Shown here one piece after another: positions 43,219 through 61,349 of a DNA stretch of 64,000 nucleotides. Made by a program: the position numbers and the translations under genes. This stretch comes from the human T2T-CHM13v2.0 reference genome, Homo sapiens: NCBI RefSeq assembly GCF_009914755.1, contig NC_060941.1; one strand, given 5' to 3'. Under the pieces are notes generated by a model, which saw only the letters and a list, made by a program, of their open reading frames with translations, was not told the origin of the DNA and ran no database searches. Every line of letters starts with the position of its first letter. The stretch's first letter is position 1.

Positions 43219-44756
43219 AGGGCCCAGATCAATTTTCATAGAGCCGACAGTGAAGCGTAAATTAGAAGGCAATACATTGATACCTGGCACAATTAAATTT
43301 TTCTCATTCTTACTTTGTAGATGAATGGGCATCTCTTACGGGGTCTCATCTTTCTGTAGGTAGCTCAACTTCTTTGCCCCGTCCTCCAGTCTTCCAGATA
43401 TAATACTCCTTTAACTCTGCAGGGACCAAACGCCCAACCAGTGTTCAGTTCCAATAGTCCTTTGTGCTGTTTGGCATCTGTTCACTGGTCTGACTGAAAT
43501 TCTCCTTTTTTACTGACACCTGAAGAGATCCCTTTCTTAATTTTGGCTTTCCTATATCTTAAAAATTTTGTTGTTTTATTTTATTTCTGGAATCAGAGGA
43601 AGAAGTCCTTTAATTGAATTCAGGCTGCCATATTGGCTGAAAGTTGACTCAGAAGTAGTGGGCAACAAAGAAAATGAACATAGACACAGAGATGGGGGAA
43701 AGAATATCTTATATGCTGGTATGCAAAGTCATGATGTGGCTTTGTAAACACAAAAACAGACGGGACCACCTCTTAGTATTTTCCTCATAGACCAGATAAA
43801 TTTTGAGTCTGAAATGGCCTCTTGGTTTCCTAAACAAGTGAATATCCTTGCAAAAGAAGAGAAAATGCCCTATATTCTATATGAAATGTTTACTGCTTTT
43901 TATTAACTATTAACCAATGTATGACCATAGTAAAAAATTTCAAATATATGGAAGAGTTGAAAGAAGAAATAATGCCATGTGCACAATATAGTCAGTATCC
44001 CAATACCCTTCCCAGAAGTCACTATTACCAGTTTGGAGTGTTTCCTTCCAAATTTCCATATTTTCTTTGTGCATTCCTCTTGAATAAAGAAAAATGTAAT
44101 TTTCATTTGTATGTATGTTTATACATAAATGAGAACATGATGCATTTTTTTTTTTTACAATTTGCTTTTATAACTTGGAGATGTTTTCATATAGTCTTTT
44201 ATGGATATACCTCTTCCTTTTCCCTCTGATATTTCTACAGGAAGCACATCTTTCTTCCTTTTAGTCATATGTCTGCATGTCACTGATCCTACTCCTGAAT
44301 CCAGTAGTGAACCCATCACTCAGACCCAGCATTTCAGTATATTGCTCTTGGCCACAGTGTTGAAAAAAAAGCAGGGGGAGGTGGGAGGTCATCGGAATTG
44401 TCTCAGGTTCATCAGTGCCAATCTTGGACTTTAAAATTTTAAGAAAAACTGATGCTTCGTATTCTATAGTACTACAGGTAGCAAGGATTACTTAACCCCA
44501 TTGATGGGCATTTCATTTTATCCCATTTTTTGGTTTTGTTTTAAACATGGGAGCAACGGAAATGGTTCTGCTCTTCTTTAATTCAAGTTTTCATGAATGA
44601 GCAAATTATTTATGTCCTTCTGTATTTCTTTTCTTCACCTAGGTCTTGCACATGACTTTTATTATTTATTCCCACATATTTGATAGTTTTCATTGCCATT
44701 GGAAATGGAATCTTTTTCTCTATTACATTTTCAAATGGCTTTTTTTGTATGTGCGT

Positions 44757-45112
<356 letters not shown>

Positions 45113-46409
45113 TAGAAATAATTGATTCTCTTATTAATACTAACTTTGTCTCTTCCTTTTAAGTGTCTGTACTTCTAATTTTCTTGTTTCTCTACACTAG
45201 TTATGACCAAGAGTATTGACTCATTTGTGGTGATGAAAGCTAACATCCATGTCTAGTTTGTGACTTTAGTGTTTTACCTTTTAGGAATGATATGTGTTGT
45301 AAATATCCTTCCTTTATGTTCCTTTAAGAAGTTGAGACCTTTGGCTAATATTTTCTTAAATTAGGAATAAATGTTAATTTTTCCATTTTTTATAGTGAAA
45401 TGATCATGTTACTTTTTATGTTTAAAGTATGTTTAAATGTGTATTCTGTGGGCACAAGTTTTATAAATAACTATTAGATCGAATTTATTGATTAATCAAA
45501 AACTCATAACACTTTACTATTTTTTACTTGATCTATTGATTTTTGAGAAGACTATTATTCTATATTATTATGATTTCTCCACTGTATTTCGTTATGTTTT
45601 TGCTTTATATGTTTAAAAACATTATCAGATGCCTGATTTGTCTATTTTGTTTGTATTTTGTCACTATAAAATATCTTCATTTTACTTAAATTTTTATTTT
45701 GCTCATTATTTTGTTACATTTGTGTTCTTTTTGTTAGCATTTGACAAGCATATCTTTCAATATTCCATTTTTAAGGTGTGTCTTTTGTAGATACCATACA
45801 GATTAATTTTTTCTTAAACGTAAATCAGATGATCTCCATCTTTTAATGGGAAATTTAACGCCATCTCATTTATTGTGATTACTGATAGTTTGGACTTATT
45901 TTTGCTTCCTTTCTGCCTCTTATTATTGATCAGATCAAATTTCCTTTGTTTCTTCTTCAATAATAGTTTAAAAATTTATGTCTTAATTATATCCTAGTGT
46001 TTATTTAACATTTTATTTTACATATTATATTTTTCTATCAGAGGTTAGATTTAACTGGTGCAGGACACAAATCTTAACAAACTACTTCCTTTTGTAAAAA
46101 AATTATTTTGGCTACTCCTGGATCTTTCTAATTCTAAATACATTTTAGAATTAATTAGTTAATTTATACACACATACACATACACTTGCTAGGATACTGA
46201 TTGGGATTTTATTTGATCTATAGATTGGTTTGGGGAGAGTTGACATCATTATAATATTCAGTCTTTTAATCCACAAACATAGCCTTCCAGCTATTTAGGT
46301 CTTTAAAATTTCTCTCAATAACATTTGTAGTTTACTGTATAGAGCCCTTTTATTTTATTGTGTTTATTCTTAGTTATTTGCTATTTGATGGAACATCTAG
46401 AATTGCTCA

Positions 46410-46802
<393 letters not shown>

Positions 46803-47199
46803 GAAATATGTTGAAACTTACACAATGCCTCTTAAATTCTCTTTTATATTTTCCATCTCCTTGCCTTTCTGGGCTATTTTCTGGATAATTTCTTATGACC
46901 TATCTAATAGTCTGCTAATTAGCTATGTAATATTTTCTGCTTAAGCCTATTGTGGGTTTTCTTTGTTGTTTTATTTTATTACTAGAAGTTTTTGTTTTTT
47001 AGTTATAATAGTCACTTATAGTTTATTATCCACTAAAGACATTGTTAGACTTATCTTTTACTTTTTAAAACATACTAAGCACCATTGTTTTCTACTTTGT
47101 GTTTCTATTGTCTATTGTTTCTCACTTACCATGACTTGTTATATTTTTTATTGTGGGCTTATTTTTGATTGTGAAGTTGTCATTTATTTCTTGTTCATG

Positions 47200-47403
47200 G
47201 ATCTACAGGTCAGCCACAGCAGGCTGCACTGGACATTGATCCAAGCAAATCAGTTGCCCAAAGCTCAAATCAGAAAGACAGAGTTGTTTACCCCCATTCA
47301 TTTACTGGATGGCATCCCAAAGTTCCATGGCAAAGGGCATGGATTTACAATCCTACTACAGGGAGAAAGTTAATATTTGTGAATAATAATTTAGTCTATC
47401 ACA
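47200..47403 (-). mobile_element. MLT1 (G/H-like) LTR fragment
   Basis: tggcaaagggcatggatt...aataatttagtctatcaca. Confidence 0.55.
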
Positions 47404-47559
47404 ATATGACTGCATAATCTAGTCTACCACAATATGCCTGCCTATTTGGGGGTTTCTGGGGTTTGTTTTCTGCTTCTCATGCTCCAAAAGTCATGAAAAC
47501 TGAAGACCTAGGATCAGCACATATTCTCAGGGCAAAAGCAAGTCCAATGCCCTAGTTAC

Positions 47560-47905
47560 ATCTTTAAATTTCTCCTTTTGCTTAGGCTTACTCCTGCCAA
47601 ATTAGCCACCCCAAAGGAAAAAGTTGTGGTTATTTTTCTTAAAATTTTAGTCAAAGTCCTGAGATTGGCATTGATGAGCCTGAGACAATTCCTATGACCC
47701 CCACCCCCCTTTTTTGTTTTCAACACTGTGACCAAGAGTAATATGCTGAAATGCTGGGTCTGAGTGATGGGTTCACTACTGGATTTAGGAGTAGGATCGG
47801 TGACATGCAGACAACATAACTAAGAGGAAGAAAGATGTGTTTCCTGTAGAAAAGTCAGAGGGAAATGAATGCTGGGCAGGCAAGAGCAAAATGGATATCT
47901 ACTAT
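47560..47905 (-). mobile_element. Old MLT1-like LTR fragment
   Basis: Ends gaatgctgggcaggcaa...atatctacta, resembling MLT1J-N termini. Confidence 0.5.
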
Positions 47906-49029
47906 TTGTGCTTATCTCTAAAATCCTGGATTCCAACAGCTGAGGATTATAGCAGAGGACACTCTGGGTGGAGTGAAGACATGAAGCTATGAAAGGGTGG
48001 GATTGTTTAGGGGAAATCGTGTCTTTTGATAAGGGTGTAGAATATGTACTGGGCAGTGGAATGGAACAAAGCTGGTGTATTTGGGCCAGTCAATGGCCAA
48101 GCGCTTAGCTAAGGCATTGGGACCTTATTTGGCAACATGAAGAGCCTCTAATTCAAATATTTTTTTATAAGTTTCGACTCCTCCAGGATTTTCAGGCAGG
48201 AAGGAAAGACAAACGATAAAGATAGGATATGCAAGGGAAGGATCCAAGGCAACAGGCTGATTAATGCGGGTCAGGATAAAAACAACTCAATCAAAGGAGT
48301 GGACAGGAAGCAGAAACTGGGGACTGTCAGACAGCGGAGGAGGAGAAGACTCTGGTTCCAGAGGTCACGCCAGAAACAGATGTCCGCTGAATGCTCCTGA
48401 CTCCCGTGGAAGGACACAGTTGCTGGCAGCCATCAACACAGAAACAGTGACCATCACCCTCAGTGAGTCTGCCATTTTCCCACCCATCCCCCCTTACCTC
48501 ATTCACTTCTAGACTCATTTTTTTCTCTAGTCCTCCTTGTTTCCCACGCGGTTTTAGACAGAACCATTCATTCGATGGCTTGCATCCTGCTTTTTCCAGC
48601 CCAACCACTTCCCTTTCATCTACTCGACAGATTTAGCTCAGCATGTCATTTTTTTTCCTCTTTAGCCCTTGAGTTGTTCATCTATAAAACAGAACTGCCC
48701 TCTTGCTACATTCCCTTCCAGTTCTACAGTTCTCTGAATCCTCCAGTGCCCCATCCATCTCTCCCATCCCTTCTGATCTTCTTCCATGACCTAACCAAGT
48801 CCCCTTCTGGTCATTTCCTTTTAACTGGTGAAAGCCTACATACTGTTATACATTTAGGTTTCTATGTATATCTGGTATATCCAGCATGCAGCCTCGTACA
48901 GTTAAAATATATTGAGATGTTTATCTAACTTGTTTTAACTTTGGACTGTAAGCTCCTCATCAACATGGGCTAAATTATCACAGTGCCATGAAAAGTATGC
49001 TTATTGGAATTTTCTATATAGAGAGTGTA

Positions 49030-49592
<563 letters not shown>

Positions 49593-50594
49593 GGCATTGC
49601 ATGTTATATGGGGATTATGTTTGCAAATCAGTCAAAACTGCTCTGGAAGTGACTGTAGATCACACGTGAAGGGCAGGATACCCTATGTAGTGTTACTATG
49701 GAACATTAAATGTGTTCCATCCAAAACTAAGATGCTTATATTCGTTCCTCTAAGACATCTTTAGTCAGAGTTTCTCAACAGCCTTTATTTAATTCCATTT
49801 CACCTGTAAGGATATCTTTTTAGCTAGTATTACCTATGAGTTCGGCCACATGAAAAACGTCTTTTGGTTCTTTCTCAAAGTTGGAAAACCCTTCAAATAT
49901 CCCACAAAGTATTCCAACAGGCGGTATCAGCACACACCCATTGTTTTATCATTTTATTATATATTTTGCCAATCCACTATAATTGATTTCTCATAAATTT
50001 TATGTGTACACATTAAAGGCATGGATGATATAGCTCCACAGTAACAGAAGTAAAAATGAATTGATAGCATAACTCAACCTTCTCAAGGCCTTACTGACCT
50101 GTGGGCAGAAATGCAACATCAATGAAAATCACGCAAATTCCAGCGGCTCTCACAATGCTGAAAATTTCTACAGTGTGCTTCTAAAGTATTTCTGGTGGTC
50201 TCTAGGGAGAGGCCTCACAGGTGCCCATGAGCAAGACTGCCCTTGTTGGTGGCTGCCCCCATATACTTCCTCGTGCATGGAAGGGCCTCATCTCTATGCA
50301 AATTCTTGCAGGTGCATCATCCCCATCAGTGCTCCTGAACAGATGTGTGTAGCTGGCATCACTGCTACGGTAGTAAGAACCATTAATGGAATTATGAATC
50401 TTGCTTATATATTGTCGCATGCCTTGCCAAACCTCTTCACATTTGATTATGTCAGGAGGTGAATAATTAAGCAGGATAAGGGTTCGGATAAAGGTGAAGG
50501 TCATGACGATCTCATTAGACCATCAAAGGGTCCAAATATTAATATGGGAACAGTACAATAAATACAGGACTTTTCATAAAAGTAATAACTATAT

Positions 50595-50909
<315 letters not shown>

Positions 50910-50924
50910 TTATTTAAAATGTCA

Positions 50925-51035
50925 AGTTGATGGGTGCAGCACACCAACATGGCACATGTATGCATATGTAACAAACCTGCACATTGTGAACATGTACCCT
51001 AGAACTTAAAGTATAATAAAAAAAATTTAAAAAAT
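50925..51035 (+). mobile_element. L1PA extreme 3' end
   Basis: gatgggtgcagcacaccaacatggcacatg...ccctagaacttaaagtataat. Confidence 0.9.
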
Positions 51036-51957
51036 AGATAATAAATATACACACGAGTATAATAAAATACAGAACTTTTCCTTCGGTAACACTCAGTAGT
51101 GTCTTAACAGATGCCCCTCCTGACTTTAAACATAGAGTTACCTCATTTAGCTAGAAAGATACTTGAAGTTTGAAGAAAAGCGTATTGCACATTTTATTTT
51201 AAAAAGTCACTAACATTCTGTTTTAAGTAAGTTTACCTTAGGCGTCCCAGTGTTTGGGGCATGCTTCTGAATGCTCGAATTGGGGGAATATTTTCCTCAA
51301 GTGGGTATTTATTTTTACCCTCCTCTGGGCTCATATTTCTTCTTTCAGAGAGCGCACAGGGATGAATTTGTCTGTTTGTTTCTTGTTTTTGGATTGTCCA
51401 GTGGAGAGGCAATACAGGTTTGACTCAGGGGACAGGAATGGCCTCACCATTCCTTGGAGGTAAGTGGGTCCCCTGATTGAGGGGAGTTTCTGTCTTGGCC
51501 AAGGGGCACCTGGACAAAGTCTTGATTTTCTTCCTGAAGCAACTGGATCTGCTGTCTTTCCCAGCACATCTGCATGTGGAATCCATCCCAGTTCCATATC
51601 CCTGCCCTCTCCTCTCAACAACATCTTGAAGGAGTCCTTTCTCTCATAGCTCAGGGGCAGGGGGCATTTTTGCAGACGGAGAGCTAGAGGTAGACAGGCT
51701 TGCTGAGGGCTGAATAGGTCTTGCCTTAGGATCCTGAGAGAAAAGGTGTTCCCAGAGCTGCCTCGTTTCCTTGGAAGACCTGTTCTTATGGGTCTTTTCT
51801 TTTCATTCTTTAGACTGAAGATTCTTCCTGGGCCCAAGGGAAAGGTAAGTGGAAACATTCTGAACAACACCCATTTTGGCATCCAGGACTCATTCGGCAA
51901 CAAACAGGTGCTTTTACCCAAAGATATGGATGGGAGGACAAGAGAGGACCTGGGTTC

Positions 51958-51976
51958 TACCTATCGTCTATCTAAC

Positions 51977-52015
<39 letters not shown>

Positions 52016-52105
52016 ATCTATCTATTTATCTATCCATCCACCTATATATCTGTCTATCTGCCTATCCATCCATCCATCCATCCATCCATCCATCCATCCA
52101 TCCAT
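51958..52105 (+). repeat. Compound (TCTA)n/(CCAT)n STR
   Basis: About 9 TCTA and 10 CCAT units. Confidence 0.95.
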
Positions 52106-52396
52106 TAAGGAGTGGGAAAGGATAGAGATGGAAGAATGTTTTGTTTTGTTAACACAAATGCTGTCGAAAATTCTTTAGGGTGAGAGCAACACAATTGCAG
52201 AGTTACTGTTAGCATCAAGATGTGAGAATGTATTGTTGGGTTATAAATTTTACATTCTTAAGCATCAGACCAGTTCTAAAGAATCTTTTTATTTCCTCAC
52301 AAGGTTCTTGCCTTACCTGACATTTTATGACAACAAAACTATGGTGGATGCTTATGTACAAGCTCCACAGTCCTTTGAGTCAGAATTCTGATTCTT

Positions 52397-52398
<2 letters not shown>

Positions 52399-52440
<42 letters not shown>
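52399..52440 (+). repeat. (AC)n microsatellite
   Basis: About 21 pure units. Confidence 0.96.
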
Positions 52441-52442
<2 letters not shown>

Positions 52443-52472
52443 TAATAAAGATAAATGAATTAAAAGAATTAA

Positions 52473-53385
52473 ATATTTGGAGATCATTATAAACAGGAGA
52501 TGTATGGATGGCAGATAAATAATTCTTAAATCACATGAAACTTGCTTAAGTAACTAATTTACAATGCTGAGAAAGGCTTAGTCATCCACTTTAAAAAATT
52601 AAACCTTTCATAAAGAACACCAAATAAAGCAAGGGTTGAATAGCTACTGGACTTCTTAACCAACACCTTCATCCGAGTAGTTTTAGCTGGATGGTCTCTT
52701 CTCAGGATGCTCCAAGCCCAGGTCAGTTCTACCCTCTGCATTAGTGTGCTAGGGCTGCCATAGCAAAATGCCACAGACTGGGGTGGCTTAAGCAACAGAA
52801 ATGAATTTTTCTCACAGTTCTGGAGGCTGGAAGTCCAAGATCAAGGTGTCAGCAGGTTCAGCTTCTCTGGAGGCCTCTCTCCTTGGCTTGCAGATGGCAG
52901 CCTTCTTGCTATGTCCTTACGTGGCCTTTCCTCTGTGCACGCTCATCCTTGCTGTTTCCTCCTCTTCTTATAAGGACACCAGTCAGGTTGGATTAGAGCC
53001 CACCCTAGTGACTGCATTTTAAATTACTCATCTCTTTAAAGGCCCTATCTCCAAATAGATCACATTCTGAGGAACTAGGGCTTATGCCTTCAACACATAA
53101 ACATTGTAGGGAAACACCATTTAATCCATAACACCTCGTAAATGCTCTCCTGCAGCTTGTACTCATTTGGACTTGAGGTGCTCTCTGTGCCATTAGTTAC
53201 CTTTGAACAAAGCTTGGCCTGCCAAGTCCAGGATATGTGCTCACTGATTAACTTAATTAATTTTTTAAGTGGATGACTAAGCCTTTCTCAGCGTTGTAAA
53301 TTAGTTACTTAAGCAAGTTTCATATGATTTGAGAATTATTTATCTGCCGTCCATACCTCTCCTGTTTATAATGATCTCCAAATAT
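52473..53385. repeat. ~130-bp inverted repeat (arms 52473-52602 and 53257-53385)
   Basis: 5 substitutions and 1 indel by manual alignment. Confidence 0.95.
52737..53133 (-). mobile_element. MLT1B-like MaLR solo LTR
   Basis: tgcattagtgtgctagggctgcc...ggaagtccaagatcaaggtg...ttaatccataaca. Confidence 0.88.
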
Positions 53386-53561
53386 GTGTTTTAAAAACCC
53401 CAGCAAAAGTCAAACGCATCATCTCTCGACAACTTTTTCTTTCGCTATTCATGTCCTCATTTCCTGTGAAAATAGGCTCTCATTTGAGACACCCTCTAAA
53501 CTGGACTAGATCTGTCTGAATGTGGAGAACATAATCATCTTTCAGCCACTTCCTTATTCCC

Positions 53562-53869
53562 TTTTTTTTTTTTTTTTTTTTTTTTTTGAGAAGGTATCTC
53601 ACTCTGTTGCCTAGGCTGGAGTGCGGTGGTGCGATCTTGGCTCACTGCAACCTCTGCGTCCCAGGTTAAAGCGATTCTCCTGCCTTAGCCTCCTGAGTAG
53701 CTGGGACTACAGGGGCCTGCCACCACACCCAGGGAATTTTTGTATTTTTTTAGTAGAGATGGGGTTTCACCATGTTGGTCAGGCCGGTCTCGAACTCCTG
53801 ACCTTGTGATCCTCCCGCCTCAGCCTTCCAAAGTGCTGGGATTACAGGCATGAGCCACCGCACCCGGCC
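53562..53869 (-). mobile_element. Alu
   Basis: TSD ccacttccttattc. Confidence 0.96.
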
Positions 53870-54425
53870 ACCACTTCCTTATTCTACATGGAACCAAGTA
53901 CTCTGTTATTTTGATATCTGGTACTCTTTGAAGTGTATTTGCTCATCCTTCACTGCTTCATCCTCTGTGTTTGCCTCCCTAGACCTTGACATAGAGTCAG
54001 CAGTGCCCCTGCGTTGGGGGATCCATACTTCCAGTACCGCAATTGTCATATTGGGTGGTTTGAGTTTCCACCTTTGTGCTCTCAGCAGATGCGATCCTCT
54101 TCAAACCAAGTGGTAATAATGATGGGCATGGGAGAAGTGAAGGGAGAATAAAAGGGAGCATAGCACTATAACACAGATAGATGGGTAGACTGCGGCCCAG
54201 AGCACGGAGTGACTAATGTTCAGGGAGCCTGTCGTGGCATAAAAGGGACTAGGAAATAGGAATTAAATGATCTCCTAGAGTCTCCTCCAGCAATAGCTCG
54301 ATAGCCCCAGCTTCAGACTTTTGGACATTTATCTAGTTCAGTGGTCTTCTCACAGTGTGTATAAAATTTTTCCAAAATAATGAGGTTCTTTATCAACATA
54401 AGAGATGATGAATATTTCATACTGA

Positions 54426-55309
<884 letters not shown>

Positions 55310-55476
55310 AAAGGGCTGATTATTAACAGCGCCTCCCATCAGAATCTCATTGGCCAGCTAGCTGCCTCCACTTCTCACTCATCTTTGGAGAGTGCCTGAG
55401 GCGTATTGGGGTCTTACTTTTTGTGTTGCCCTACAGAAGGAAGGTAGGAGCTTCAGCAGAGAGAAGGGGTATGTAA

Positions 55477-55857
<381 letters not shown>

Positions 55858-56191
55858 ATTGTGGTCTGCCTCTTATAATTTCTTTATTTAATCTCTTCTA
55901 ATCCTCAGTAGCTGCCTTGCTAGCCTACAGCCCGAAATTACAGACATGCTTTTATTTGCACATGAATTGCCCATCAAAGGAGCGCTAATTAGGTGTTAAG
56001 AAGACTCTACATGGACAAATAATGTTTTAATGAGATTTTCTCAAATTAATTCATCTTCAAAAACATGCTAAGATAGATTGGAGACCAAATAACTTATGTC
56101 AAAATAATTGTTTCTAAAAATTGAATCATAAAAGAACTGGAAAAAATATAGTGACTTAAATAACTGGGGAAGTCTTTTTAACAGAAAAAGC

Positions 56192-56563
<372 letters not shown>

Positions 56564-56699
56564 TCAGAAGCAAGCTAAGGAAGACATTTATGACATATAT
56601 AGCTAATAAGCAGTTAACGTATGAACTGTAGTTTACAGATAAAAGGTAAATAGTAAAATAGAAAAGAGCATGAACAGAAAATTCATAGAAGAAACATAA

Positions 56700-57037
<338 letters not shown>

Positions 57038-57673
57038 TGATAACATTTCAAACTGGCTAAGCTTAAAAGTAATGAAATTATCTAACGCTGGGAAAGTGCA
57101 GGGCATGACCAGCGTTTTAATAATTTACTAGTGGGAGTGAAAATAAATGAATTTTGCTATACAATAAATTTGTATTATGTGGCAAAAGGCTTTAATATAT
57201 TCATGGCCCAGAATTGATACATCTAGGAATTCATCTAGGAGAGTGATGAGCTAATAATTGGAAAAATGTTTATGATATAATTTCAGGTAAACAAAAGCAG
57301 GTTACAAAATAGTAGGTAGAATATGATTTCTATTATTATTGAAATATAAATTTTTTGAAAGACCAGATTGGAAGGATTGACTAAAAAATGTTAAGAATGG
57401 GTAGGTAGGCTAAGGGAATTTTTTTTCTTCTTTATGCTTTCCCGCTTTTTCATATGATTCTATATTGAGCCACATATTACTTATATAATAAAAAAGTTTG
57501 TGTTTTAAAAATAAGTGATTGCTGCATCTATCAAAGGGGCTAACATTTGTCAGATTAAGGTAGCAAACCAACCTAGTCTACCCTTAGGTTGGTGTAACAA
57601 TGATCATTTTAGTTCTGATTATTTTTCCTTCAGTCTAGACCAGCACTGACTATTAGAAATTTCTATGAAGATG

Positions 57674-57920
57674 GACCGGGCGCGGTGGCTCACGCCTGTA
57701 ATCCCAGGACTTTGGGAGGCTGAGGCGGGCAGATCACAAGGTCAGGAGATCGAGACCATCCTGGCTAACACGGTGAAACCCTGTCTCTACTAAAAATACA
57801 AACAAATTAGCTGGGTGTGGTGGCTTGAACCCAGGAGGCAGAGGTTGCAGTGAGCCGAGATTGCTCCATTGCACTCCAGCCTGGGCGACAGAGCGAGACC
57901 CCATCTCAAAAAAAAAAAAA
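57674..57920 (+). mobile_element. Alu with ~50-bp right-arm deletion
   Basis: ggtgtggtggc|ttgaacccagg junction. Confidence 0.93.
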
Positions 57921-58019
57921 GCATTAAGGAACTGAGGAGATAGTTTTTAACAGTAGAATGGACACGGCAGAAGACACGACGAATAAATACAACTACAGGT
58001 CAATAGAAAATATCCCTAG

Positions 58020-58415
58020 AAGTAAACAAGTTGTGAAATATTCATACCATGGAACACCTCTCAGAAAAACAAAAAACAAAAAAATACAAACCACTGGTAC
58101 AACCTGAATGACTCATGTAGAAATTGTGTAAGTGACGAAAGCCAAGCACTAAAAAAGCATGTACTCTATGATTCCACTTACACAAAATCCAAGAACAGCT
58201 AAAAATGACCTATGGGTGATTGATGTCAAACTGGTGGTTACTTCTGAGGGTAGAGGTTGACTAGGTATGAGGAAACATTCTGAGGTGACAGAAAGTTCCA
58301 TCACTTGATCTGCATGGTGGTTACATGGGTGCATACACATGTACAATTCCACTGAGCTCTATATGTACAGTTTGTGTGCTTTACTGTATACAAGAAATAG
58401 CTCAATTTAAAAAAA
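58020..58415 (+). mobile_element. L1ME-like 3' end
   Basis: tactctatgattccactta...ggtggttacatgggtg. Confidence 0.75.
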
Positions 58416-58785
58416 TACCAACGATGGCATTTTTCCCCCCGATGTGATGTCTGTTATTTACTCATCCTCCTTTTTCCCGAGCTGGAAGGAAGGCCCCTAA
58501 GTGTCCTCAGTTGCCTCTATGGATGCTGGAAAGTTTGTCAACAGGGAAGGAACCTGAATGCTCTCAGGAAGCTGCAGAGTACATACCATGAGTTGCAGAG
58601 CTGGACATGAGAGGAGTCAGGTCTCCTTTGGGGAGCACCTACCCTGGGGTCTGGAGGAAGACAGCTGGGACCCTGGCTTTCTGGTGGGTGAGCACACCTC
58701 TGCAGAAGCGCTGAGATGTGGAAGCAGAGCCTAGGGACCCTGGAAGACTTTGGCAAGATGTGATCTAAAAGTTCTGAAGTCATCA

Positions 58786-59645
58786 AATATCTATATCTAT
58801 ATTTATTTATTTATTTATTTATATACACATTTATATATTTAATATTAATTAAATATATTTTACATAAATATATAATATATATCAATATATTTATATATTA
58901 TACATACATATATATCAATATATTTATATATTATACATACATATATATCAATATATTTGTATATTATACATACATATATATCAATATATTTGTATATTAT
59001 ACATACATATATATCAATATATTTGTATATTATACATACATATATATCAATATATTTGTATATTATACATACATATATATCAATATATTTGTATATTATA
59101 CATACATATATATCAATATATTTGTATATTATACATACATATATATCAATATATTTGTATATTATACATACATATATATCAATATATTTGTATATTATAC
59201 ATACATATATATCAATATATTTGTATATTATACATACATATATATCAATATATTTGTATATTATACATACATATATATCAATATATTTATATATTATACA
59301 TACATATATATCAATATATTTATATATTATACATAAATATATCAATATATTTGTATATTATACATAAATATATATCAATATATTTATATATTATACATAA
59401 ATATATAATATATCAATATATTTGTATATTATATAATAGTATATATTTTAAATAATATGCATTTATTTATATTATATATAACATATATTTTCATATAATA
59501 TATTTATATTTATTTACTTAATATAAAAATAATATTAATTAAATAATATATAGATATGCTTATATATTATATTTATATATTTTATATATAATATATTCTT
59601 TATTAAGTAAGTATATATACACCTACACACACACATATATATATA
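58786..59645. repeat. AT-rich block with a 33-bp VNTR core (~58876-59433, about 16 copies)
   Basis: Unit tatatcaatatattt(g/a)tatattatacatacata; 11-aa periodicity in the ORF track. Confidence 0.97.
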
Positions 59646-60371
59646 ATGTAGAGAGAGAGAGAGAGAGTGTCCTATTATATACAGCAGAGAAATGGAAAGG
59701 CATAATTTTCCTAGGTGGACAGTTTTTATATTTTCATGGAAGGAGTCAAGGAGAGTTGAGCATGTCATTCTGGGGTGTCGCAGAAGCATGGCAGCAGGAG
59801 TTCTGACCGAGGAGAGGCCAGTGAGGATGTCGGCACAGACCACCCTGCCCTTCATTTTCCATTTCCTCCAGAAAATGCTGAAAATACAGATCAAGCCCTT
59901 AAAACAGTCCGTGTGCACTCAGGATGTGACACGAGTGGCTAGATTTTGCCTTACTGGCCTTCAGTTTAAATTTCCAGGAACGTGTTGAGTCTCTGGGGAG
60001 TTCAGAGAAGCAGGAAGGACTTAGTAGACAGAACTGGTGGGTGAAGAGCTGACTCTGAAGGGAGGAAGGGTGAAATTTTGTGGCTGATCTGAAAGAAGGT
60101 TCTAGAACCTGTAGGGAGGCATGGCCTTTTAGTTGCTAGAGATTAGTGTAAATTTTTAGCCAAATCAAGTTTTTTAACAGCTTTCTTTCAAAGCATTTGA
60201 AACATTCTCAGTGGAGCAAGAACACGTAGTTGGCCTGGCACGACTAAATGGTCTACATTGTAGACAGATCAAAGGTGGAGGATATTTATGCACACCTCAG
60301 GTTATTTCGTAGGTAACCCCTTGAAATATATCAATATCTAAAATGAGCATGTCCTTACTGAAGATACATAG

Positions 60372-60985
<614 letters not shown>

Positions 60986-61349
60986 AAATTTGCTCTGTTC
61001 TGTCTGTATCTTTAATTTTGCAAGTTTTAATTTGGGGCCATTTATTTGTGTCCAAGAGTTATTAATCTATCCTCCTTTCCTTTATGAATGGCTACAGCTA
61101 AGCTGGAGATAATTTTCTATTTAATTAAATTGTCTTTTGTCATCACTGCAGTCTATTGTTACATTTCACTTCGCTTCTACAAAGCCTTAGATGCCTAGGT
61201 AAATTTGGATGTGAAATTCAATTCAATTTGATCCGAATTTAATCCCAGATAAACAACCATACCTCATTATGCAGAACAAAAGAATGACCCAAACATCTTT
61301 CACCTAGCGATGCAGATGGATTTGATTCAGGTGAACACAGACTGTTTTG

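Noticed and set aside
51331-51921. 196-aa minus-strand ORF
   Set aside because: No homology recognised, non-ATG start, no supporting minus-strand splice structure.
58860-59367. Periodic ORFs and a CRISPR-like regular array
   Set aside because: Pure 33-bp tandem repeat with no unique spacers; eukaryotic VNTR.
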